A DNA stretch of 64,000 nt from Mayamaea pseudoterrestris (taxonomy: Eukaryota), in NCBI GenBank assembly GCA_027923505.1, contig BROI01000012.1, positions 186,001 to 250,000 on the forward strand, read 5' to 3'. Under the pieces are notes generated by a model, which was not told the origin of the DNA, did not search any database, and was given only the letters and a program-made list of their open reading frames with translations. A program made the translations under genes and the position numbers. Numbering within the stretch: the first letter of the stretch is position 1; the number at the start of each line of letters is the position of its first letter. Shown in pieces: positions 42,628-54,907 of this stretch.

Positions 42628-44423
42628 TTATTCCTCGCGAGTCGCACTCGCGTCGCGGCGCTTCACCGTTTCCAGCATGGCCGCAAACGCAGCATCCTCG
42701 TACATTTGCTTCAAATCTTGGTCACCATTATTCTTTGGCGCCGGCGCTGCCATGAAAGCGGACCCCAACGCCTTGATGGCCTCGGAACGTCGCCAACGCG
42801 TCTCCTTGTCAACATCCTGATCAAAGAGCACCATGTGCGTCACCTCATACAATGTCGAAGTAACATCAACCACAGTCGTCGTCCAAAGCATCCGCAACAT
42901 GATTCCCATGGCCGCGTCATTGAGTTCCTTCTGCACCGCCTCGCGCTCATCCACCGTTTGCGCCGCCTGCATCTTTGTCACCAAATCAGCCTGCAGCTTG
43001 AACATGTCGACTCCAGCTCGCATGCCGCCCATGGCGTTTTCGTTCTGCATCTTCTTCTTGTCCAAAATGGCCTTTTGGCGCAGGGCCCACTGACTTGCCG
43101 ACGGCAATCCATGTCCACTATTCATTGATCCTTGGTACATGGTTCCCATGAGATTGTACGTTTGTCCAATGCATTGCACCAACTCGTATCCGTAACTCGC
43201 TTGACTCAACGTCTTGGCTTGCTCAGCCCACTTGGCTTCAATCTCGGCGACGGACGTCTTTTCCGCTTGCGCCTCCACATGCGGTTGCACCATTTCCACC
43301 AGCTTGATTGCCAATCGCACCAACCGACGCTTCTGCAAGAGCCGCGCCGTCGACATGGAAACCCGTTGCGAGTCACCAACACTCGCCGACGTGGCCGTGG
43401 CCAATCGACCAATATAATCATGAAACAAGTCGCTTCCAAACAAAAAGGCATATAAAACGGCTGGATCAATCTGACTCAAGTTGCCGCCAGCCGCAGTCTT
43501 GTCGGCCGACAGTCCGTCGCGACCCTCGTGGTCGTACTTTTTGCGCAAGTCAACGTCACCTAAGACTTGGTAGGCTTCCGAAACTTGCTTAAACTTTTCG
43601 GGCGCCGATGGGTCGTCGTGGTTGCGGTCCGGATGGTACTGGCGCGCCAAAATGTAGTAGCGACGGCGAATGGTGGCCTCGTCGGCATTGACTGGAACGT
43701 CCAACGCGTCGTAGTAAAATGTTTCCTTGACAGTTGCAGTCTGGCCGTCCTTGCCGTCTAATTTTGGCTTGGTGGATGCTTGGTCGTCCAAGTCGGCTTG
43801 AATCTTTCCAAGCAAGTCGCCATCGTCGTCGGGAACGCCATTAAGAGTTGCTGATTCCTCGGACATTTTCGTCAAGACCCAGCGGCCTGGAGTGAATCCA
43901 AGTGGAAGAAAGAATTAGATTGAGAAACAAAAGAAACAAGCATGGATCATCCCCACAAGCGCAAATTGCATCATTTTCACATACCTTCCACATCGTTCCA
44001 CCACTTGCCCTGCCGCGGCGCCATGGCAGCCTCCGGCGCCGCCAACACGCCCCGCACAATCTGCGTCGCCCCGGATACAGCACCACCCAACAATATTCCA
44101 GCGCCCCCCACAATACCCACCAAGGCTCCTCCCACAAAACCAGCGACTCCTCCCAGCACTCCAGCCTGCTTGGCGCCGACGGCGAGTCCCATGGTGGGAG
44201 CCAAGACGGCGACTCCTGCCGCTCCGACGGCGCCACTGACAATGTTTGAAACGCCCTGCGAGAGGCCTTGGCCGAGTCCCTTGGGGGCCGTGGAGTGGGT
44301 GCGCGTCTTGTGCAAGAGTTCGTTCAGTTCATGGTGGGCTTGCGTTTCTTCGGGTGATTGCTCCTTGCCGGATGCTGATGCTGCTGGTGGGGATGAGGGA
44401 GTTGCAGGAGTAGTAGATGCCAT
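42628..44423 (-). CDS. DnaJ protein with X-domain; intron 43887..43984
   Basis: J-domain YYDALDV..YHPDRN..FKQVSEAYQVL..YD; IDPAVLYAFLFGS; G/A-rich N-terminal exon joined in frame (..KWWNDVEG|RWVLT). Confidence 0.9.
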
Positions 44424-45000
44424 GCTTCAGTAGATTCTTATACTATGCTTGCCTTTCAAGTCCAACGAGCTATTGCAGCAATATATTTGACGGAAGAGAA
44501 GGCGTTGGAAGGGAGGTGATCCACGATCCATCAGCGATCCGGCGAGTGCCGCCATGGCGCGCCACGAAAATGGATCGCAGGTTTGTCGCACCAATACTGA
44601 CTCTTATGCCCGTCATTCCTACTTATGCCGATGCACGATCGGAGATATACGTAGACCAATCAAATAGCGTCGAAGATACAAAGAAAACTCCGCGAACCAA
44701 TCGACGAATAAAATGACTTGAAGCTGCATGGGGCAATATTCAAGAATGGTCATGATATTCCGTGATCTCATAATTGTCTTGCTTCACACACCGAAGAAAA
44801 TCAGACACGATCGATGATCTTTCAGACTATGCATTGAACTGTACTAATTCGTCGGAGGAATTAGCTTGATGACCTCGACTATGTCCGGCGAATCTTTACG
44901 GTTTTACCGGCAAGTCGCTAACCGTCCATCGCTTGCTCACATCAAACATTACTACTTCTTCACAATCCTGCAACAATCACTCAAGTCCAAACTCTCAACG

Positions 45001-45525
45001 ATGACAGCATCCACCATGACTCCCCATGTTTCATCACCTGCTGCATGCTCCTCCGAAAACATGATTGACTACTTCGCACCGACGATTCGGGAGGAACGTC
45101 CGACGGCTCCCAAGCGACGATTTCCAAAGACTCGCATCACCAAGCGACGAGGTACCATTGAATTCATGGCATCCTTTCTCATCACGACGGGAAACGGCAC
45201 AGCAGCAGCAGACGAACAGCATGAGCAACCTCCCAAGCTTAAACGCTCCAGCCGACGAAAGGCAAGCCCCGATGTCAAGCCCTCGTGTCCCAACCGACGA
45301 GACACTATGGAGTTTGTCTGGGGCAGCCTCAAGCACATTTCGTCCATGAAATCGACGCGCGACGTTGGGTCCTCGGCCAAGGACAACGACTGCAAGCCAA
45401 TTAGACCCACGCGCCGCGGCACCATGGAGCTTTTGTGGGGCAAGCGCTCCAAATCATCCATGCGCGACGTCAATGACGATCACTCCGGCGAAACGGAAAT
45501 CATGTCGTCCAGTGACTTTGAGTAA
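45001..45525 (+). CDS. Small disordered protein with RRGT-type repeats (paralog 1)
   Basis: NMIDYFAPTIR..KRRGTIEF..NRRDTMEF..TRRGTMEL; clear similarity to the gene at 46128. Confidence 0.75.
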   Translation: MTASTMTPHVSSPAACSSENMIDYFAPTIREERPTAPKRRFPKTRITKRRGTIEFMASFLITTGNGTAAADEQHEQPPKLKRSSRRKASPDVKPSCPNRRDTMEFVWGSLKHISSMKSTRDVGSSAKDNDCKPIRPTRRGTMELLWGKRSKSSMRDVNDDHSGETEIMSSSDFE

Positions 45526-46127
45526 AAGTATATAGATGGATAAGTAAGAGACACACCTTTTGTAACTTAGTAAAGTGCTGTGTATACAGTAAGTTCCTGC
45601 CATGGATTATGGATTACTGTATGATTCGACGCGGAAAACGCAAGCAAGAGGTGCGGGGTTTGCCTACGGTAATCGCCAGCAGATGGGCATGCCTGGGGAG
45701 GTCAGAGACGAGCTGTTGGACGCTGCTCATGCAGTACAGTATACATCACGGAGATGTAGCTAACAGAAGCAAGGCTCCCCGTTTCCGGAAGTCTTTCGGG
45801 TCATCAACGCGGAGAAACCCCATTGACACCGAACTGACATTCCAATGGTTCTTCAAGGACGCAAGTACGACATCATTCGTCAAGAGTCGATATCAAAACT
45901 TCCTGCTAGCCGAAGGCATATTCTTTGCCAAGAAATCGTCCAATAGAAACGCCGATCATGACGCCCTGGGCATTAGCGATCAACCTGCGCGTCGATGGAT
46001 GGTGGAAGCCGCGAACTCTGGCGTCGATCATATCTGATTCATTCGTCGGCCTGCTAATCCTTCGCCAGCGTACCACTGTGTAATCTTGGATCAAAACGAA
46101 TCTACTCGTGCCTCGTCGTTCCTCGCA

Positions 46128-46574
46128 ATGAACTGCACCACAGCAACCATGACGGCCAACAATGTTGCATCCTCACCGTCAGACAACATGATTGACTACT
46201 GCGCTCCAAGCATTCGTCCCGAGCGCCCCAAGGCACCCGCTCGCCGCCTCCCAAAGGATCCCACTCGCACCCACAAGCGCAATGGAACGATCGAGTTCAT
46301 GGCTTCCTTCCTTTCCTTCAATCTCAAGTCTACGTCACGCAGCGAATCTGTGAGTAAAGAGGATCAGGAGTTCGAGACGGATCAGATTCAGCAGGAGCAA
46401 CAGATTCGAAAAACGCCAAGTCGCAAAAAGAGCTCCGACGTCATGCCAGCCTGTCCGAACCGTCGAGGTACCATGGACTTGCTCTTGGGCAGCTTCCGCA
46501 GCTCGCGAGATTGCGAAAACCACGACGGATCGGGCGAGACGGCAATCATGTCGGTGGATTTGGAGCAGGACTGA
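46128..46574 (+). CDS. Small disordered protein with RRGT-type repeats (paralog 2)
   Basis: NMIDYCAPSIR..KRNGTIEFMASFL..CPNRRGTMDL..SGETAIMS. Confidence 0.75.
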   Translation: MNCTTATMTANNVASSPSDNMIDYCAPSIRPERPKAPARRLPKDPTRTHKRNGTIEFMASFLSFNLKSTSRSESVSKEDQEFETDQIQQEQQIRKTPSRKKSSDVMPACPNRRGTMDLLLGSFRSSRDCENHDGSGETAIMSVDLEQD

Positions 46575-46962
46575 GCAAGAGTAATTTTAGTATGATTTGG
46601 CCAATACACGTTAATACATATAATCTGTTTGCATATCGTCTTATGGATACTACGACACCACTTTTAGTTACTGTATACGGCGGGTCATTCGCAGGACGCT
46701 TGTGCGATCAGTAGTTTCGCACCGTCTTCATTGCTTCCAATGTTTTCATGTATTAATAGTATTGCTGCCACCAGACATCAATTACACTATTGTTTGCGTT
46801 TATAGATCACAAGCCAAAGGCGCTACTTGTTTTGTTGGCAAGTAGTGGCTCGGCAAATGTCCCTAGGCAATTTCCGACGATACATAGCTGAACTCACGCG
46901 CGCTCATGAGCAACGAGCCATGGCGCGACCACCAAAATCGTTTCACAGAACAAAATTCGACC

Positions 46963-48903
46963 ATGGCCAAGTCCAAGGCAGTTCCAGCGTCGGCAACGAG
47001 CCGTCGTTCCACTTTCAGGCCTTCAAGATCGAAAACAACGTCAAGCTCATCATCCCCTTACCATCAGGCTGCCAACTTGTTGAATGAATTGCTGTTCAAT
47101 GATACTGCAAGAAGCCGCCGCTCCTCCTTCAAGAGCTTGGTCTACGATGCCGACGGCAAGATGAAGTGCAGCAAGTCGGCCTATGCGCAAGTTGCCAATA
47201 TACTAAAGTGTCAGTCACAGCTGGAAGAAATGATGCAAGTGACTGGTTTACTGAATAACAATGACGCTGCTGCTGCTGCTGCTGCTGCTGGTTCTAGTAA
47301 AAAAGCGTCCGTTTCGAATCAGGGACTTGCCTGCGTCTTGGTGTACGAGCTCATATTGGGACCCAACAAGCGCATCATGGGCGGAGGAGCCTTGAAGCGA
47401 CTGATTGTTTCGCATCAAGAGGATTTGCAGAGAGCGGCCGATGCTTGGGCGGAACGTCATCCAACGATCGAGGCGAATGCAGACAGCAGCAACAACATGG
47501 TGCAGCATGCCAGGTACCTTCGTGTCAATACTTTGGCAACGACGACGGAACAAGTCGTAAAACGCATCCAAAACATATTGCTGGAGGAAGAAGCAGCAGC
47601 GGGTGACAGCAATCCGGTTGTTTACTTAGACCCTCATGTTCCCGATCTCTTGGTTGTTTCGCCGCATGCGAGTTCCAAGCTGCTGGCGGATACAATGTTG
47701 AGTGCGACCAAGAATGCCGTTGTTTGGCAAGACAAGAGTTCCTGCTTCTCGGCACTCTGCCTTGCAAAAGGATGGAGTGATACCGGCAGTACTGGTGACT
47801 ACTTGGATGCGTGCGCCGCTCCGGGCAACAAGACGTTGCATCTTGCTTCGTTGTTAAATGCAAAGCTGGAGCAACCACAAGGTGTGCAATCAACCAACGG
47901 CAAAAACACAAAGACGAGCAAGAAGGCAACGAAGGAAAGTGCTACACCTTCAACAACGATTTACGCTTTGGACCGTTCCGGCGATCGCCACGCCGTCTTG
48001 GAGCAGCGGATTCAACAATACTGCAGTAAGAACGACACGTCCGACCATCAATTCGTCAAGGTTGTTCCGCAGCACTTGGACTGTCTGACGATTCAGCCAG
48101 ATGACTATTCGAACGTGCACGCCATTCTTCTGGATCCAACCTGCTCGGGTTCGGGTGTCGTTACCGACTCGCACCAGCATGCCGCCAGCGAGACGGACAC
48201 GGATGCCGCAAGCCAACGCCTCGAGTCGCTCTCCAATTTTCAAGTCACTTGCTTGAAACATTTCATGTCATTTCCGCAAGTCAATCGCATTGTCTACAGT
48301 ACATGCAGCGTGCATGTGCAGGAGAATGAGGACGTCATTGCCCAAGTCTTGGCGGCGGCAAACGACGAGTGGGTTGTGCATGCGCCCGTTTGTCTGGAGC
48401 ATTGGTTGCGTCGCGGACAAGTCACGTCTGGCTTGTCGCAGGAGCAAGCAAACGCCATGATACGAGTCGATCCATATAAGGATGGAACGAATGGTTTCTT
48501 TGTCTGTTGCTTGGAGCGAAAGAAGAGTGTGGCAGAAGTTGACGTGGTTGGCGAATCGACGTCAGCTAAAAATGTTACAAAGGATAGCATTCAGAGGCAG
48601 CAAAAGGTGCTTGGAATACCATTGTACAATGAAGAATTCGCTAAACTCGGGCCTGTCGCGTCAAGCACTCGGGCAGTACGAAAGGACCAAAATGATTCAA
48701 ACGAAGTACTGTCAACATCACATGCAAACAAGTCGCAAAAGGTGTCTGCTACAGCGAGTCCTGCTGCCGCCAAGCGAATCGCCTCCAGCAAGCCACCGCC
48801 CAACAAGAAGGTGGCCAAGAAGTACGACTGGAAGCGCCAGCAGCGAGAAGCCAAGCTTCTGCGCGTTGGGCAAGGCAAGAAAACTAAAGGCACAGTCCCG
48901 TAG
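46963..48903 (+). CDS. NSUN5: NOL1/NOP2/Sun RNA m5C methyltransferase, NSUN5/Rcm1-like
   Basis: RYLRVNTL, QDKSSC, LDACAAPGNKT, ILLDPTCSGSG, IVYSTCSVHVQENEDV, TNGFFVC. Confidence 0.88.
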   Translation: MAKSKAVPASATSRRSTFRPSRSKTTSSSSSPYHQAANLLNELLFNDTARSRRSSFKSLVYDADGKMKCSKSAYAQVANILKCQSQLEEMMQVTGLLNNNDAAAAAAAAGSSKKASVSNQGLACVLVYELILGPNKRIMGGGALKRLIVSHQEDLQRAADAWAERHPTIEANADSSNNMVQHARYLRVNTLATTTEQVVKRIQNILLEEEAAAGDSNPVVYLDPHVPDLLVVSPHASSKLLADTMLSATKNAVVWQDKSSCFSALCLAKGWSDTGSTGDYLDACAAPGNKTLHLASLLNAKLEQPQGVQSTNGKNTKTSKKATKESATPSTTIYALDRSGDRHAVLEQRIQQYCSKNDTSDHQFVKVVPQHLDCLTIQPDDYSNVHAILLDPTCSGSGVVTDSHQHAASETDTDAASQRLESLSNFQVTCLKHFMSFPQVNRIVYSTCSVHVQENEDVIAQVLAAANDEWVVHAPVCLEHWLRRGQVTSGLSQEQANAMIRVDPYKDGTNGFFVCCLERKKSVAEVDVVGESTSAKNVTKDSIQRQQKVLGIPLYNEEFAKLGPVASSTRAVRKDQNDSNEVLSTSHANKSQKVSATASPAAAKRIASSKPPPNKKVAKKYDWKRQQREAKLLRVGQGKKTKGTVP

Positions 48904-48980
48904 CTTACATAGGAAGATTTGCTGATACAAAACCTTAAAGCACAGCATCATAGCTTACATAGGAAGATTTGCTAATACAA
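48901..48980. repeat. 30-bp direct repeat with 50-bp period at the NSUN5 stop
   Basis: TAGCTTACATAGGAAGATTTGCT(G/A)ATACAA at 48901 and 48951. Confidence 0.9.
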
Positions 48981-49170
48981 CGTTTCGATTTTAGCGTATT
49001 CATTCGTCCTATGAATGATCACGGTGCGTTGAAATGTGCCTGCATTCCTCCTCTGTCCTTCTCCCTACATATGCCGTACCATAGTATATTTCATAGACAA
49101 GCTGCTTAAAGTTTAATCTACCAACCACCATGTCTCCGCGCATCGTTCCATCAACATATTACACACAAGC

Positions 49171-50097
49171 CTACGCCTCCGGAAAGAGAATGGCACGAAG
49201 ACTCGGCAAGAGCTCCTCGTACACCAATCCCAATCGACTGCTCATGGTATTGTCGCACTTGATCTTATTGTCCAGCGCCGTCAGCAAGACTCCACCATAG
49301 GAATCGTCTCCAAGGTGATGATTACTCTCCGCGTTCAACACCACATTGGGCTTGAGCGTGACACTCGACTCGCGCTTCATCAAGTCCACATACTCCTGCA
49401 CCGCCATTGGCAGCACCTTGGACACAGTCGCAACATCCTGTGCGCGGCAGTAGACAATGACATCATTCTCCTCAATCTTGACCAACCCTTGCACAATCAA
49501 CTTTTGAATCAACTGCGGATAATTCTGCTGTCCCTTGGCGACAACGGCGCACTTGCTTCCCGCCTCCTCGCGCAAGGTTTGCAACAGCGAGTCGCGCAGA
49601 CGCATCGTCTTGGTGCGGCAGTCCTGAATCTCGGCCGACCGGGCAATGCGCTCCTGGACGCTCGCCGCCTTGAGCTTCTTTTGAAAATCCTCCTGGATTT
49701 GGAGCTTGGCTTCGTGGACCAGCGTCTGTTTCTCGAGATTGAAATCGTGCTCCGTCTGTCGATAATATAATGAAAAATTATATAAAGGAAATGAAAAAAG
49801 GTTAGAGAAGAGGTCTTTGTTTTGATCTACAGGGAACGAATTGAATCGCCAACGAAAGAATCGAAAAGTCGCTCTCCTTCTCGACGTGGAGCAATGGTTG
49901 CTCGTCAATCCCTTTCTCGCTATTCCTTCCATTCCCTAGAGCTTTCATTTCTACTTATTCCATTCCATTCCTTTTAACAATCCGTCTTTGCTGCCATGGC
50001 CGCTTACCTTGACACGAATTTCATTGGCCTTTTCGTGGGCCTCCTGGAGGATGAAATTGACCATTTGTCGGATTTGATCGGATGCGGTAGCCGTCAT
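49171..50097 (-). CDS. V-type H+-ATPase subunit E; intron 49756..50007
   Basis: QIRQMVNFILQEAHEKANEIRVK|TEHDFNLEK..GGVLL..IKCDNTMSSRL..LPSLRAILF; GTAAGC donor and CAG acceptor. Confidence 0.95.
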
Positions 50098-50548
50098 GAT
50101 GCTAGTTGTTATTGTTTTGGTATTATAATAAATAGAGAGAGACTGAATAGACGACTGCTCACAAGATGGAGAAGGAAAGGATCGAGACGATGGCTGCTTC
50201 GTTTCGTTCGGCGGTGTGTGTGGAGCGGCGGTGGCGAGGAGAGCGCAGCTAAATATCTCGCAATCAGCGAGTCCCACGATGCTGCCGGCGCGTGCTCCGC
50301 TGCGATTGAAAATGACTTCTTGTACTAAAACCGTGATAGTGTTTGATCTTGAAAATGTAGTTGAGTACCTCAACGGAAGTCTCACCGCGTCTAGCGAGCG
50401 ACACGCATGGCAAGCGACCATGGGCCAAAGCAATGAGGCTGCTGCCACTGCCAATCATCATCAGCGTTATCCTTGCCTTTTCTTTGACTTGATTACCAGA
50501 GCTCGTCTCATTATTCTCATTCGATACGAGTCTCTGCATCTAGCCGCC

Positions 50549-51669
50549 ATGTCATCATCTTCAGCGACCAATTCACTTTCCGCCGTCCTATCAGATCCCT
50601 TGCATGTTTCCTTGGGTCTCTTTATCGGCTTGATTCTATATGTATTCTATTTGCTGCTGCCGCGAGGCATTCGCAAGCAATACTTTGGCGCCTATCCCAA
50701 ACGACACGCTTGGTCCAACCGAAGTCGCAGTAGCAGCGGCAGCCACTTGCAGAACGTGCGGCACGGATCCGTGGCGAGCAGCGTGCATTCGCAGCATGGG
50801 CAAGCCGCGCGGCAGCGAGCCATGATGGCGCAGCAGCAACAAGGAGGTGGAGGAGCTGTAAGTCTGTATTGTCTTGAATGATGTGAATGAGCTTGCTGCT
50901 AGTTTTGCTGTTTGCATTGTATCCGACGCATGCTGCAAGTACGAGTGCATTCAGTTGATCAATGCAACTACATGCGCTCATTCGTCCTTCTCTGTACACT
51001 CTAATATGTTTCTTTTATATAACGCAGACTTATGCAAATACTCCATATGCAGCAGCTGCATCGAATCGTCACGCTCCAGCCGACCGTAACGACGAACACG
51101 GGGTTCACTTTGACAATCAGCAGCAGCAAATGCATCCCCATCAGCCTGCATCGAACAATGCCATGCAAACTCCCAATAGCATGGCTCTGCAGCAGGACGA
51201 AATTGTCATTAGCGCCGCCATGCAGCAGCTTCGCGATCCAGGCGTTTTGATTATTGCGCATGGCTCGCGCGGCAAGCCAAAGAGTGTTCGCTTGCTGCTG
51301 ACGGAGTCTACCATTTCCTGGCGGACGGAGAACCGCAAAACTGGATCAAACACTGCGAGTATTCCCTTTAAGGTCGGCAAGCTTCACCAAGTGCCGCTGG
51401 CGCATATCATGTATGTGGACGTAGGCAAGCAAACGACGGCGCTCCGGCGCGTGGAGAATGCGTCAGTGCCCGAGCAACTGTGCTTTTCGCTACTGACCAA
51501 GGAGGGTTCGTTGGACTTGGAGGCCAACTCGTTGCGGGAGCGGGATGCGCTCGTGTCGTGCTTTTCGCTCGTGTTGGACGAAGTGCACGCGCAGAACTGG
51601 CGCGAGATTTATCGCGGACCGTCGTCCGACATGCCAAGCTCGTTTGACGAAACCGACATGCACAAGTAA
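50549..51669 (+). CDS. Single-pass membrane protein with C-terminal PLC-type PH domain; intron 50858..51027
   Basis: N-terminal TM (LGLFIGLILYVFYLLL); IAHGSRGKPK..VDVGKQTTAL..LCFSLLTKEGSLDLEANSLRERDALV; intron restores frame. Confidence 0.82.
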
Positions 51670-51938
51670 TATGCAAAATTAGTATCCTTTGACGAAACAG
51701 TAGTATGGATTTGATGTTACGTATTTATACTTTTCTAGTTGTATAGAATGTTATGCACTATTGCCACGAGATTGGATTAGAAGTTTTACATTGAAAAGAA
51801 GCGCAACTTTAAGCCTGCAGAAACATATACCGGTAACTTTACCTCCACTATCAAAAGGAGCCATAACATAACGCAACGAAAACGTTTTGTTTACGCTATT
51901 AGCTAACAAGACCTGCAAAAGCCTGCGGCAGGAAAGTA

Positions 51939-53471
51939 TTAGCCAAGATACCGCACATAGTTTCCGGCGCTAGTTGAGACCAGCTCGACGTTGGGAGTAC
52001 CAGCACTGTCAATACCCAAATCGATATCTGCTTCCGTTGTTTTAGCCTTCTTCTTTGCAGCACTAAAGTAGGCTAACATCCAATCATTTCGATTGTAGTC
52101 GTCGGGAAGGTCGGCTTCCTCTGGAGCAGGCACCAGTTTCCACCACGCTCGTTGCTTTCCCTTATTCTTTCCCTTTTCCTTGTAAACGCGATCAACCACA
52201 AATATGCCATCGATAGCGTAGGCAATGCAGTCTCCAGCGTCATATGACTTGTAAAGGTGCGTATAGACCATGAGGATCTTCGCTTCATTGTTTTCCTTGT
52301 CGCCAAAGAGAATCCCCCGAAAGTTGTATATTTTAGGATCAATACCATCAGGAAACGTTCTAAAGTGCAGGACTTCTTCCTGGAAAATGTTCAAATCTGC
52401 CCCGATGAGGCTCATACAAATGTTCAAACCCAATTGTGTAGGCAAATGGGTTTTCAGCTGATTGCCATGACAGTCAACAAGTGTTTCATTGACTTTGTCA
52501 TGGTCCTCGTTCAAAAACTCAGATATATACTTTTCCATCAAAGCTCTTCTCGCTTGCTCTTCTGTCTTTTCTTTTGCAACGACGGCAGACGCAGCCTTGG
52601 CTAAAAGGGCGTCTGAAACAGGCTTTCCTTGCGCCTTGAAACAGTCGGGTCTATGAACCACCCAAGCGGCTTTCTGGCAGTCCTTGGAGCAGTAATGCAC
52701 CGAAGAGCATCCGGTACAACGAAAGAGTGTGCCAGTGGTTGTGCCGCAGACATCACATGCTTTTGGTGCCGCCTTGATCTTGCTTTCAGCGTCGGGTTCC
52801 AAGCAAGAGTATTGCTTGAAGAATGCTTCCTGCGGCGTACCAGGCTTTGCCGCTTTCAAGTACGACCCTAGTTCCAACAGCAGTCCTCGAACATGAGCGA
52901 CGTCTCCAAACAAAAGTTCAATGTTATGTTCCGTTGCCAAGTTCTTTTGCAAAAGTGGAACAATGATTGATTCCATCTCAGGAAAGCGACGTGGATCTTT
53001 GGACGCCTTGTGCAAAGCACTCGTCGCTCCGATTGACGTAAGGATCGCTTGCACTTCTTCGTCCTTGTTGCGATAAGCTTCAATTAGATGGCTCTTCGCA
53101 AGCTCTTTATTCTGCTTCTTAACAGCGTCTACCGCTTGTAAAGCATATGGCATGCCCATGATCTGCTGGAGAGTCAGCTCATCGTCACTCTCTTGTCCGC
53201 TCTGCATTCTATGAACGAGCTCGCTATATGACAAGTCAGATGGCCATACTCCTAGCAATTCCGTCAAGAAAAGCTGGACGGGGTCGTCTCTATCCTTGGT
53301 TGCCTGTTCGGCAAAGCTTTCCTCATCGCACTCAGAAGCGGCGAGGCACTCGCGCCGATACATCTCAATACCGTCATTTGGCCAGCGAGGAATGCGCTTA
53401 TAGTTAGCTGGATGAAAAATATATTTGCGAGGGTCGTTTCTGTCATCGTTAGCGTCTGTGGGAGGGTCCAT
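51939..53471 (-). CDS. MYND zinc-finger protein
   Basis: CDVC..CTGCSSVHYCSKDCQKAAWVVHRPDC; likely ATG at 53471. Confidence 0.85.
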   Translation of the reverse strand: MDPPTDANDDRNDPRKYIFHPANYKRIPRWPNDGIEMYRRECLAASECDEESFAEQATKDRDDPVQLFLTELLGVWPSDLSYSELVHRMQSGQESDDELTLQQIMGMPYALQAVDAVKKQNKELAKSHLIEAYRNKDEEVQAILTSIGATSALHKASKDPRRFPEMESIIVPLLQKNLATEHNIELLFGDVAHVRGLLLELGSYLKAAKPGTPQEAFFKQYSCLEPDAESKIKAAPKACDVCGTTTGTLFRCTGCSSVHYCSKDCQKAAWVVHRPDCFKAQGKPVSDALLAKAASAVVAKEKTEEQARRALMEKYISEFLNEDHDKVNETLVDCHGNQLKTHLPTQLGLNICMSLIGADLNIFQEEVLHFRTFPDGIDPKIYNFRGILFGDKENNEAKILMVYTHLYKSYDAGDCIAYAIDGIFVVDRVYKEKGKNKGKQRAWWKLVPAPEEADLPDDYNRNDWMLAYFSAAKKKAKTTEADIDLGIDSAGTPNVELVSTSAGNYVRYLG

Positions 53472-53809
53472 GACTATGAATTCCCTTAAACTTTGCAGAT
53501 TCAAGTTGTGATTCTTTGGTCCAATTTTGATGAAAGTTTCTTGGTTGCGAGAGGTTATGTCGCACCATCACAAGGACAACGGTGCGACACGAGCTAGCAG
53601 CTGCGGTTGTCTTTAGCCTCCGTCGCAACTCTACCGATATTCTATATACAGTGCTTCCACGGCTATCTAGCAATAGAAATGCCGAGAACATTAAATCAGT
53701 TTATCATTTACGCAGCAAGCTCAATATTATGCTTCGTTCCACGCATTGTCTTGGTCGTGTGCCGCCGCTTTCCATTATATTCCATTCCAACTAACTCGCA
53801 TGATACATT

Positions 53810-54394
53810 CTACTTCTTCTTCAAAAACGGAAGTCCCTTTTGTGGAATGTGGTAGTTGGATCGCTCCGTGCGGTGCGCCTGGGCACTCTCCTCCGTCGCC
53901 TCCTCCGTGACAATCTTTTGCATGGTGCGCACCGTTCCAGCGTCAACCTGCTCCAACTTTTGCAAACCCGCCGCCAATTCAAAGTCGGCAATCTCCTGAG
54001 GATCAGCGCCTGGAGGAGGAGCGACAAAGGTCGGGCCATTGTAGTCACCCGAGTCAGCCTTGTAGGCATTCTCCGACGTGTACTCTGGCGGCACCGTCAA
54101 CATGCCATGATCCTTGGCGCGCACCGCCGCCAACTTGGTAAAGGTGGCCGATCGCGCCGTGCGGTGCTGGTTGGCCTGCGAGTACGTGTCGTGCTTCTTC
54201 TTGTGCTCGTCGTAGGCAGCCGCGTTCTCCTGCTGCTGCATGGCAAGCGCCAAGCGGTGGTCCTTTTCCTCGAGTGACAGCGAGGGATCGTCGAGGCCAA
54301 GGTTGCTCGTCGTCGTTCCAGTTCCGGGGCGAACGCCGGAGCCGCTTCCCATCATGACATAGTCGCTTTCGGCAGTCTTGGATTCTTCACTCAT
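53810..54394 (-). CDS. Hypothetical protein with two UIM/CCDC50-like helical motifs
   Basis: 194-aa ORF with GC-rich third positions; EEKDHRLALAMQQQE and ADFELAAGLQKLE. Confidence 0.75.
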   Translation of the reverse strand: MSEESKTAESDYVMMGSGSGVRPGTGTTTSNLGLDDPSLSLEEKDHRLALAMQQQENAAAYDEHKKKHDTYSQANQHRTARSATFTKLAAVRAKDHGMLTVPPEYTSENAYKADSGDYNGPTFVAPPPGADPQEIADFELAAGLQKLEQVDAGTVRTMQKIVTEEATEESAQAHRTERSNYHIPQKGLPFLKKK

Positions 54395-54832
54395 GTTTGA
54401 TGGTGTTTGTTAACAAAATGTCAAGAGTCTGGAGCAATTGGGAGAGGAAAGCAGGGGAAGCGAGTCAGCGAATGTCGATCAAGAAGCGACAATTGAATGA
54501 AGCATTTACATAACAGTACGCAGTACGATAGTAAAGACAGTAACCGAATGAAGACGATCTCGTATGTCTTGCCGCTCGTAGAGAAGCGACTTGTTCCATT
54601 TCTAAAACTCAACGCATGCAGCAGTTGCCGTCTGCTCGATTCATACGCAAAACGCGACGAAAAGACATTGACAATCCGCAAAGACAGCAATGGATTCATC
54701 GATGCGAGTCCAATGGCTTGCTTGTAAATGCTTAGGTCCAATTATCGTCCATACTACCCCTTTCGGAATGAGCAAGACTCGACAAGAAGCATCACGAGTC
54801 AACATCGGATCGAGCCTTGCCAGTTAATCAAG

Positions 54833-54907
54833 CGAGCCAGAAGATTCAGCATTTTCTCGCAGGATCAATCGAGCCAGAAGATTCAGCATTTTCTCGCAGG
54901 ATCAATC
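54833..54907. repeat. Perfect 37-bp tandem duplication
   Basis: CGAGCCAGAAGATTCAGCATTTTCTCGCAGGATCAAT at 54833 and 54870. Confidence 0.95.
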
